The position numbers were made by a program, and so were the translations under genes. A DNA stretch of 14,455 nucleotides from a virus. Taxonomy: Duplodnaviria; Heunggongvirae; Uroviricota; Caudoviricetes. The stretch's first letter is position 1. Every line of letters begins with the position of its first letter. Below the pieces are notes generated by a model that saw only the letters and a list, made by a program, of their open reading frames with translations, did not search any database and was not told the origin of the DNA. Below, one piece after another: positions 7,720 to 13,780 of the stretch. The stretch lies in the IMG/VR virus record IMGVR_UViG_2537561689_000014; one strand, 5' to 3'.

Positions 7720-8301
7720 ATGAACAACTCATGGTGGCAGGAACTAATGCATTTTTTCCTGCAAGGAATGACACTTAAACAGTTGATTCATATGCTAATC
7801 ATCCTGATCATATTGATTATTGTTATGCCTGTAAGCGTAAAAGAATGGATAAACCTGCATAATCCAGAAATCCTTCCTCATTACTGGATGTATTACATCC
7901 TGTTGTTTTGCGTTAGCTATGTGCTTAACGGCGTTGTTAATTCCGCTTATCACGCTGTGACTGAAAGAATTGAGATATTCGCTGCTCAGAAGCGCAAATC
8001 TAAAGAAGAGAAATACGTGCAAGATTTGTTTGATTCGTTAACTCTTGGAGAAAGAGCGTATTTGGCATTCGCTGTAGCCGCTAATAACCAGCTAAAGACA
8101 GAAAAGGGAAGCCCTGAAGCAATCTCATTGCTCGAAAAAGGGCTTCTTATTCGGGTACCTTCTGCTACTGGATATCCTGAAATCGACCGTTTTGTTATCC
8201 CGGAACGCTATAGAAATGAGTGCTACATTAGGTTTGCTGGGAAGAAAGACAGTCTTATGGATGAACTTATCGCTCAGGATAAGCATGGCAAAAACAAGTA
8301 A
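7720..8301 (+). CDS. sieB: SieB-like superinfection exclusion protein (membrane protein)
   Basis: 193-aa ORF MNNSWWQELMHFFLQGMTLKQLIHMLIILIILIIVMPVSVKEWINLHNPEILPHYWMYYILLFCVSYVLNGVV... with N-terminal hydrophobic helices. On the strand opposite to, and convergent with, the N-type gene, as sieB is in lambda. Confidence 0.8.
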   Translation: MNNSWWQELMHFFLQGMTLKQLIHMLIILIILIIVMPVSVKEWINLHNPEILPHYWMYYILLFCVSYVLNGVVNSAYHAVTERIEIFAAQKRKSKEEKYVQDLFDSLTLGERAYLAFAVAANNQLKTEKGSPEAISLLEKGLLIRVPSATGYPEIDRFVIPERYRNECYIRFAGKKDSLMDELIAQDKHGKNK

Positions 8302-8317
8302 TTAGCAAATTAATTTA

Positions 8318-8590
8318 TCATCTCGCCGTCAGTTGTTTTGATTTCCGGTAGCCTGCCGCGTAAATGGCTACGTTTGGCAGGCAAATACTTCCACTGCATT
8401 CATCTGCCTTCTTGCAGCGAAGGCTTCCGAGTGATGCTGCTTTGTCTGCTCTGACGCAACCAGAGAGCTTTAGCGCAATTTTTCGCGCCAGTCGCTGTTC
8501 TTGCATTGCCTGCTCACGTTGAGCCTGTCTGCGTGCTCTGCGGCGATTTCTGGCGTTATTGTCAGCCAGATATGTAATGACTACTGCCAT
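8318..8590 (-). CDS. N-family transcription antitermination protein (not lambda N)
   Basis: 90-aa ORF MAVVITYLADNNARNRRRARRQAQREQAMQEQRLARK... with an N-terminal arginine-rich motif. First gene downstream of the pL-like promoter and nutL. GGAGGT Shine-Dalgarno upstream of the start. Confidence 0.7.
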   Translation of the reverse strand: MAVVITYLADNNARNRRRARRQAQREQAMQEQRLARKIALKLSGCVRADKAASLGSLRCKKADECSGSICLPNVAIYAAGYRKSKQLTAR

Positions 8591-8697
8591 GTTGACCTCC
8601 GATGATTAACTTTGGCGGTGACGCGCCGGGTGCTTATCTTCCGGTTGCCGTCGTGCAGCTGCACTTCACGTCACCCCAAAGCCAACTACTCTTTGGT

Positions 8698-8738
8698 TCC
8701 CGCATTTCGGCGGGACAATCCCATCAATGTTAAAGAGC
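8698..8738 (-). promoter_or_regulatory. nutL: boxA (8728-8738) and boxB hairpin (8698-8715), read on the minus strand
   Basis: Minus-strand GCTCTTTAACA (boxA-like) followed 12 nt later by the hairpin TCCCGC-CGAAAT-GCGGGA. The same 18-nt hairpin recurs at nutR (9852-9869). Confidence 0.6.
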
Positions 8739-8775
8739 CTGCCAATCTGTTCCGTTTGGCTACCAGCGTCCTGCC

Positions 8776-8868
8776 GATGACTTAAATTTAAGATTTCTTT
8801 AACTATTGGTCAAGAGTGTTTTTGAAGAAAACTTAAATTTTGTTGCGAAGCTTAAGTTTTGCTTTGAT
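8776..8868 (-). promoter_or_regulatory. pL/oL region: leftward early promoter with P22-type operator sites
   Basis: Minus-strand -35 TTGACC (8808-8813), 17-nt spacer, -10 TAAATT (8785-8790). Operator-like pseudo-palindromes with TTAAG half-sites: ATTTAAGatttCTTTAAC at 8786-8803 and GCTTAAG...CTTTGAT at 8850-8868. Confidence 0.55.
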
Positions 8869-8880
8869 TTTTAAAGGAAA

Positions 8881-8902
8881 GAAAAAAAGGGGCGAATGCC
8901 CC
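8881..8902 (-). terminator. Intrinsic terminator immediately after the repressor gene
   Basis: Minus-strand GGGGC-attc-GCCCC followed by TTTTTTTC (plus-strand gaaaaaaaggggcgaatgcccc), abutting the repressor stop at 8903. Confidence 0.6.
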
Positions 8903-9553
8903 TTATGGAAGGTTTGCTATTTTTGCATCGACAACTACACCGATGATTTTGCAGTTCCCGTTGATCTCAATCATCGGATATTGTGGGTTAAGTGGTTTTA
9001 GAAACCTTCTGCCAGCATCAATAACTAACTTCTTGAAAGTTGCCTCGTTTTCTCCTTCGAGCTTTGCCACTACCAGCTTCCCATTACGAGGTTCTACTTC
9101 AGGATCGACTAGTATTATCATCCCTTCCGGGATGCTAAGACCGGCTGGAGCCGTCATCGAATCACCCTTTACGTCCAGCCAAAACGAATCTTCTGAACAA
9201 TCTACGGTTGTATCGTACCAGTTATCTATTGCACGCTTATGATATGGCTCTACAGCTTCCATCCAACATCCTGCGCTTACCCAACTAATTAGAGGATACG
9301 AACCTCTTGGATCATGCCTGCTGTGATAGGCAATGTTTGAAAGACTATCTTCTCCTTTCAACAAGTAATCAGGGGAGCACTGTAAAGCCTTGGCTAAAGC
9401 CAATAGGTTTTCGCCATTGGGCTCAGTTTCAGAACGCTCCCATTGGGAAATAGCAACATTAGACACGCCAACCATCTTGCCGAGGGCAGCCTGCCTAATC
9501 TTAAGTTCTTTTCTGCGAGCGCGAATACGCTCACCCATCAGTTGTGTATTCAT
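8903..9553 (-). CDS. c2: Prophage repressor, P22 C2-type (HTH N-terminal domain plus S24/LexA-like autocleavage domain)
   Basis: 216-aa ORF MNTQLMGERIRARRKELKIRQAALGKMVGVSNVAISQWERSETEPNGENLLALAKALQCSPDYLLKG... with the GDSM serine motif and a downstream Lys (VVAKLEG). Near-identical over its length to the P22 c2 repressor as I recall it. Confidence 0.95.
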   Translation of the reverse strand: MNTQLMGERIRARRKELKIRQAALGKMVGVSNVAISQWERSETEPNGENLLALAKALQCSPDYLLKGEDSLSNIAYHSRHDPRGSYPLISWVSAGCWMEAVEPYHKRAIDNWYDTTVDCSEDSFWLDVKGDSMTAPAGLSIPEGMIILVDPEVEPRNGKLVVAKLEGENEATFKKLVIDAGRRFLKPLNPQYPMIEINGNCKIIGVVVDAKIANLP

Positions 9554-9633
9554 AGTTAAGACATCTTAAATAAACTTGACTTAAGATTCCTTTGATAGAT
9601 AATTTAAGTGTTCTTTAATTTCGGGGCGAGTCT
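9554..9633. promoter_or_regulatory. oR/pR/pRM region with three 18-bp operators
   Basis: Three pseudo-palindromes of the form ANTNAAG-N4-CTTNANT: AGTTAAGacatCTTAAAT (9554-9571), ACTTAAGattcCTTTGAT (9579-9596) and ATTTAAGtgttCTTTAAT (9602-9619), with 23-25 bp centre spacing. pR -35 TTGACT (9576-9581) and -10 GATAAT (9598-9603) point toward cro. Confidence 0.75.
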
Positions 9634-9819
9634 ATGTACAAGAAAGATGTTATCGACCACTTCGGAACCCAGCGTGCGGTAGCTAAAGCGTTAGGCATTA
9701 GCGATGCAGCAGTCTCTCAGTGGAAGGAAGTCATCCCAGAGAAAGACGCCTATCGACTGGAAGTCGTTACAGCTGGCGCCCTGAAGTATCAAGAAAGTGC
9801 TTATCGCAAAGCGGCATAA
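9634..9819 (+). CDS. cro: Cro (P22-type)
   Basis: 61-aa ORF MYKKDVIDHFGTQRAVAKALGISDAAVSQWKEVIPEKDAYRLEVVTAGALKYQESAYRKAA with a helix-turn-helix. First gene of the rightward operon. Confidence 0.9.
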   Translation: MYKKDVIDHFGTQRAVAKALGISDAAVSQWKEVIPEKDAYRLEVVTAGALKYQESAYRKAA

Positions 9820-9826
9820 GCAAATT

Positions 9827-9870
9827 GCTCTTTAACAGTCATGGTCCTTATTCCCGCCGAAATGCGGGAA
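9827..9870 (+). promoter_or_regulatory. nutR: boxA (9827-9837) and boxB hairpin (9852-9869)
   Basis: GCTCTTTAACA followed 14 nt later by TCCCGC-CGAAAT-GCGGGA, the same boxA and boxB sequences as nutL. Confidence 0.6.
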
Positions 9871-9927
9871 TACAACGCGCATCAGTTGGTGCGTATAACT
9901 TCTTATTTGTTAAGGAAATACTTACAT

Positions 9928-10206
9928 ATGCAACTTACAAGTACTCGCAAGAAAGCGAATGCAATCACAAGCAACATCCTGAATCGAATTGCTGTACGTG
10001 GTCAGCGAAAGGTTGCTGATGCATTAGGGATTAATGAATCGCAAATTTCGCGATGGAAAGACAGCTTTATCCCAAAGATGGCCATGCTTCTGGCTGTGCT
10101 GGAGTGGGGTGTTGAAGACGAGGAATTAGCAAAGCTAGCAAAGAAAGTAGCCATGGTGCTGACAAAAGAAAAGCCTCAAGACTGCTGCAACAGTTTTGAG
10201 GCCTGA
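9928..10206 (+). CDS. c1: CII-family transcriptional activator (P22 C1-type)
   Basis: 92-aa ORF from the internal Met of the 121-aa track ORF: MQLTSTRKKANAITSNILNRIAVRGQRKVADALGINESQISRWKDSFIPKMAMLLAVLEWGVEDEELAKLAKKVAMVLTKEKPQDCCNSFEA. AAGGAAA Shine-Dalgarno upstream. Shares the ISRWK ... PKxxMLLAVLEWGV core with lambda CII. Confidence 0.9.
   Translation: MQLTSTRKKANAITSNILNRIAVRGQRKVADALGINESQISRWKDSFIPKMAMLLAVLEWGVEDEELAKLAKKVAMVLTKEKPQDCCNSFEA
9961..9974 (-). promoter_or_regulatory. Candidate activator-dependent pRE -35 element (TTGC-N6-TTGC on the minus strand)
   Basis: Plus-strand GCAAtcacaaGCAA is TTGCN6TTGC on the minus strand, inside the 5' part of c1 and oriented toward cro and the repressor gene, as pRE is in lambda. 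Confidence 0.3.
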
Positions 10207-10240
10207 TGTAGAAAGACTGGATCAATCCACAGGAGTCATT

Positions 10241-11140
10241 ATGACAAATACAGCAAAAATACTCAACTTCGGCAGAGGTAACTTTGCCGGACAGGAGCGT
10301 AATGTGGCAGATCTCGATGATGGTTACGCCAGACTATCAAATATGCTGCTTGAGGCTTATTCAGGCGCAGATCTGACCAAGCGACAGTTTAAAGTGCTGC
10401 TTGCCATTCTGCGTAAAACCTATGGGTGGAATAAACCAATGGACAGAATCACCGATTCTCAACTTAGCGAGATTACAAAGTTACCTGTCAAACGGTGCAA
10501 TGAAGCCAAGTTAGAACTCGTCAGAATGAATATTATCAAGCAGCAAGGCGGCATGTTTGGACCAAATAAAAACATCTCAGAATGGTGTATCCCTCAAAAC
10601 GAGGGAAAATCCCCTAAAACGAGGGATAAAACATCCCTCAAATTGGGGGATTGCTATCCCTCAAAACAGGGGGACACAAAAGACACTATTACAAAAGAAA
10701 AAAGAAAAGATTATTCGTCCGAGAATTCTGGCGAATCCTCTGACCAGCCAGAAAACGATCTTTCTGTGGTTAAACCGGATGCTGCAATTCAGAGCGGCAG
10801 TAAGTGGGGAACAGCAGAAGACCTGACCGCCGCAGAGTGGATGTTTGACATGGTGAAGACCATCGCGCCATCAGCCAGAAAACCGAATTTTGCTGGGTGG
10901 GCTAACGATATCCGCCTGATGCGTGAACGTGACGGACGTAACCACCGCGATATGTGTGTGCTTTTCCGCTGGGCCTGCCAGGACAACTTCTGGTCCGGTA
11001 ACGTGCTGAGTCCGGCCAAACTCCGCGACAAGTGGACCCAGCTCGAAATCAACCGTAACAAGCAACAGGCTGGCGTGACAGCCGGAAAACCAAAACTCGA
11101 CCTGACAAACACTGACTGGATTTACGGGGTGGATCTATGA
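10241..11140 (+). CDS. O: Replication initiator O (lambda-type)
   Basis: 299-aa ORF from the internal Met of the track ORF (MTNTAKILNFGRGNFAGQERNVADLDDGYARLSNMLLEAYSG...), recognised as lambda O. AGGAG Shine-Dalgarno upstream; ori iterons lie inside the gene. Confidence 0.95.
   Translation: MTNTAKILNFGRGNFAGQERNVADLDDGYARLSNMLLEAYSGADLTKRQFKVLLAILRKTYGWNKPMDRITDSQLSEITKLPVKRCNEAKLELVRMNIIKQQGGMFGPNKNISEWCIPQNEGKSPKTRDKTSLKLGDCYPSKQGDTKDTITKEKRKDYSSENSGESSDQPENDLSVVKPDAAIQSGSKWGTAEDLTAAEWMFDMVKTIAPSARKPNFAGWANDIRLMRERDGRNHRDMCVLFRWACQDNFWSGNVLSPAKLRDKWTQLEINRNKQQAGVTAGKPKLDLTNTDWIYGVDL
10590..10716. repeat. Replication origin (lambda-type): four iterons plus an AT-rich region inside O
   Basis: Four imperfect repeats: TCCCTCAAAACGAGGGA (10590-10606), TCCCCTAAAACGAGGGA (10610-10626), TCCCTCAAATTGGGGGA (10634-10650) and TCCCTCAAAACAGGGGGA (10657-10674), followed by the A-rich tract aaaagacactattacaaaagaaaaaagaaaaga. 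Confidence 0.85.
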
Positions 11141-11838
11141 AAAACATCGCCGCACAGATGGTTAACTTTGACCGTGAGCAGATGCGTCGGATCGCCAACA
11201 ACATGCCGGAACAGTACGACGAAAAGCCACAGGTACAGCAGGTAGCGCAGATCATCAACGGTGTGTTCAGCCAGTTACTGGCAACTTTCCCGGCGAGTCT
11301 GGCTAACCGTGACCAGAACGAACTGAACGAAATCCGCCGCCAGTGGGTTCTGGCTTTCCGGGAAAACGGGATCACCACAATGGAACAGGTTAACGCAGGA
11401 ATGCGCGTAGCCCGTCGGCAGAACCGACCATTCCTGCCATCACCCGGGCAGTTTGTTGCATGGTGCCGGGAAGAAGCATCCGTTATCGCCGGACTGCCAA
11501 ACGTCAGCGAGCTGGTTGATATGGTTTACGAGTATTGCCGGAAGCGAGGCCTGTATCCGGATGCGGAGTCTTATCCGTGGAAATCAAACGCGCACTACTG
11601 GCTGGTTACCAACCTGTATCAGAACATGCGGGCCAATGCGCTTACTGATGCGGAATTACGCCGTAAGGCCGCAGATGAGCTTGTCCATATGACTGCGAGA
11701 ATTAACCGTGGTGAGGCGATCCCTGAACCAGTAAAACAACTTCCTGTCATGGGCGGTAGACCTCTAAATCGTGCACAGGCTCTGGCGAAGATCGCAGAAA
11801 TTAAAGCTAAGTTCGGACTGAAAGGAGCAAGTGTATGA
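11137..11838 (+). CDS. P: Replication protein P (DnaB helicase loader)
   Basis: 233-aa ORF MKNIAAQMVNFDREQMRRIANNMPEQYDEKPQVQQVAQIINGVFSQ..., recognised as lambda P. Its start overlaps the O stop. Confidence 0.95.
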   Translation: MKNIAAQMVNFDREQMRRIANNMPEQYDEKPQVQQVAQIINGVFSQLLATFPASLANRDQNELNEIRRQWVLAFRENGITTMEQVNAGMRVARRQNRPFLPSPGQFVAWCREEASVIAGLPNVSELVDMVYEYCRKRGLYPDAESYPWKSNAHYWLVTNLYQNMRANALTDAELRRKAADELVHMTARINRGEAIPEPVKQLPVMGGRPLNRAQALAKIAEIKAKFGLKGASV

Positions 11839-12008
11839 TGGGCAAAGAGGCAATTATTCATTACCTGGGGACGCACAAGAGCTTCTGTGCGCCGGACGTT
11901 GCTGCGACAACAGGTGTGACATTAACCAGCATAAATCAGGCTGCGGCAAAAATGGCGCGGGCAGGAATCCTGGTCATTGATGGTAAGGTCTGGCGAACGT
12001 TTGTTTAA
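11835..12008 (+). pseudogene. ren: Truncated ren (57 codons instead of about 96)
   Basis: ATG overlaps the P stop (ATGA), as in lambda. MMGKEAIIHYLGTHKSFCAPDVAATTGVTLTSINQAAAKMARAGILVIDGKVWRTFV* resembles lambda Ren up to about residue 55, then hits a stop where unrelated AT-rich DNA begins. Confidence 0.65.
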
Positions 12009-12154
12009 CGGTTAGCTACTCAGGATGATAGGGCGGGGCAAGTGAGTATGAAGCGGATTTTCAGGAATGCCATCAGAGTTTGGAAATAAAGTGGGTTTTC
12101 TAGTGGCAAGAGACTTGATAATATTTAGTTCTTTGAATCCAAGGAGATAGGGTT

Positions 12155-12649
12155 ATGAGAAAATTTATTTTAGCCTTTGTTATAAGTGCCTCGTTTACAG
12201 CAAATGCTGGTGTAGAGAAGTTAGGGCCGTGGATAACAAAGTCTGAGATAAATAAAATGACTGACCAGACTGACTTTGTGGCCCTTAATTTATCACCAGA
12301 TTCATATAACAAAGCAGGTACTGATCGTGCAACTTCACTGGTGTTGCGTTGTAGTGATAACAAAACAGATGCCTATTTATCATTCAATGATTATATGGGT
12401 TCGGACAACCCAAGAATTACAGTGCGGTTAGATGGCGGAAAGCCGGTCAAGAGTGTTTGGGGAGGTGGGGAAGGCGGTGATTCTGCATTTGCTCCACAAC
12501 CAATACAATTTATAAAGACCTTGGCTAAGCATAAAAAAGCTATTTTTGGGTTTGAACCTTATGGATCAACTATGCAAGTAGTTGAGTTTGACTTGTCTGA
12601 GATTGATAAGGTTGTGGAAAAAATTTCACAGTCTTGCAATTGGAAATGA
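12155..12649 (+). CDS. Hypothetical secreted protein with a Sec signal peptide; AT-rich accessory gene
   Basis: 164-aa ORF with AAGGAG Shine-Dalgarno 8 nt upstream. N-terminus MRKFILAFVISASFTANA-GVEK is a signal peptide with an AxA cleavage site and no lipobox. Two Cys in the mature part. Followed by a strong terminator. Confidence 0.7.
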   Translation: MRKFILAFVISASFTANAGVEKLGPWITKSEINKMTDQTDFVALNLSPDSYNKAGTDRATSLVLRCSDNKTDAYLSFNDYMGSDNPRITVRLDGGKPVKSVWGGGEGGDSAFAPQPIQFIKTLAKHKKAIFGFEPYGSTMQVVEFDLSEIDKVVEKISQSCNWK

Positions 12650-12666
12650 CAAAAAAATTTCATATG

Positions 12667-12694
12667 AACCCAGTTTGCGCTGGGTTTTTTATTT
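12667..12694 (+). terminator. Rho-independent terminator
   Basis: AACCCAG-tttgcg-CTGGGTT followed by TTTTTTATTT, 18 nt after the stop at 12647-12649. Confidence 0.7.
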
Positions 12695-13780
12695 CAGTAG
12701 CCAATAATGCATTCAAAATCTCTTACTTGAGAAACGGCCTATTTGAGATTTCAGTCGTGGCAGGATGATCAGTTGATTCGAGTATTGACGCATTTGCGTT
12801 CGGAGCGATTACAGTAGATTGTAAATAATAATGAGAAACACATAGCCACCCCGTGGTATTGAAACCATATAATGTTGGATTTGAAAACAGATCTTTTCCC
12901 ATGTATTAATAACTACATCCCCGCGAGTGATTCAAAAAGGAGGGCCCAATTTTGTCCGAGTTTTTGTATTCCCCCGCATGCCGCTGCGGAGCACTACATC
13001 TGAGTGTCTGACTAGGGGATAAAATTAGACTGGATAGTGAGAAGAAAGTGGCGCGCTAGGCTGTGCCGAGTGCTACCAGTACACCTTGGGGGTGTGCAGC
13101 TTTCGCCGAGACTGTAGTGGGTATCGGTTAATGCACGAAAAACCGAGAGGTCAGACAACCAATTTGCCGTAGGATTGTTTCCGGTGCGATACCGGTCTAC
13201 TAACTGAAAGCAATGCGAAAAAGCATAAACTCGGTCCTTCAGTCGCCCTACACACTATTTACTAAGAAGGGCTGAAGCATGGATACAATTATTACATGGA
13301 TGGGAGATCGTCTGTTGGGGGGACACAAAAATCCGATCTGCGGCAGATGGCGATCACTGGATTAACTTCCGCGATTTGTTCAACAATTTTGTACACTGAA
13401 AAATTAAAACATGGTGAGCCTATTAACCCAAACGAAGAAGAAAAACTTTATAGGCTTTGGTATGAAGGAAACGCTTGAAAGAATAAAGCACAATTAAAAC
13501 CTTTGATTTGCGATAATCAACTTGCCATAATTAAGTAATCGGAGTCTGAACAACTCCGGTGACTTCTGCGCTAAACGGGGACGTTTATGCGCACATACAA
13601 TCCAAACTATCTTCTCCTTTCACAGATGCAGAAATGCACCTGCAATTCTTTGCATCTAGCGTTTGACCTCTGCGGAGGTGAAGCGTGAACCTCCCACAAG
13701 ACGGCATCAAATTACATCGCGGCAACTTCACCGCTATCGGCCAGCAGATCCAGCCTTATCTGGAGGAAGGCAAATGCTTT

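Noticed and set aside
7545-7727. 60-aa minus-strand ORF between ea10 and sieB
   Set aside because: Overlaps the sieB start and the upstream repeats, has no Shine-Dalgarno, and does not resemble Ral.
7795-8022. 75-aa minus-strand ORF inside sieB
   Set aside because: Antisense to sieB.
8943-9242. 99-aa plus-strand ORF inside the repressor gene
   Set aside because: Antisense to the confidently identified C2-type repressor.
9720-10019. 99-aa plus-strand ORF spanning the cro end, nutR and the c1 start
   Set aside because: Out of frame with both cro and c1 and runs through the nutR hairpin; no start context.
10557-11876. Alternate-frame and antisense ORFs inside O and P (10557-10826, 10789-11112, 10871-11065, 11049-11378, 11453-11692, 11619-11876)
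   Set aside because: O and P are confidently recognised. The 10557-10826 frame is created by the iteron repeats themselves.
12100-12363. 87-aa minus-strand ORF overlapping the start of the secreted-protein gene
   Set aside because: Antisense to an ORF with a strong Shine-Dalgarno, a signal peptide and a terminator; no features of its own.
12695-13684. Retron or group II intron in the ORF-poor region
   Set aside because: Considered because the region looks structured and non-coding, but there is no reverse-transcriptase ORF and I could not find a domain V-like motif or msr/msd-type flanking inverted repeats.
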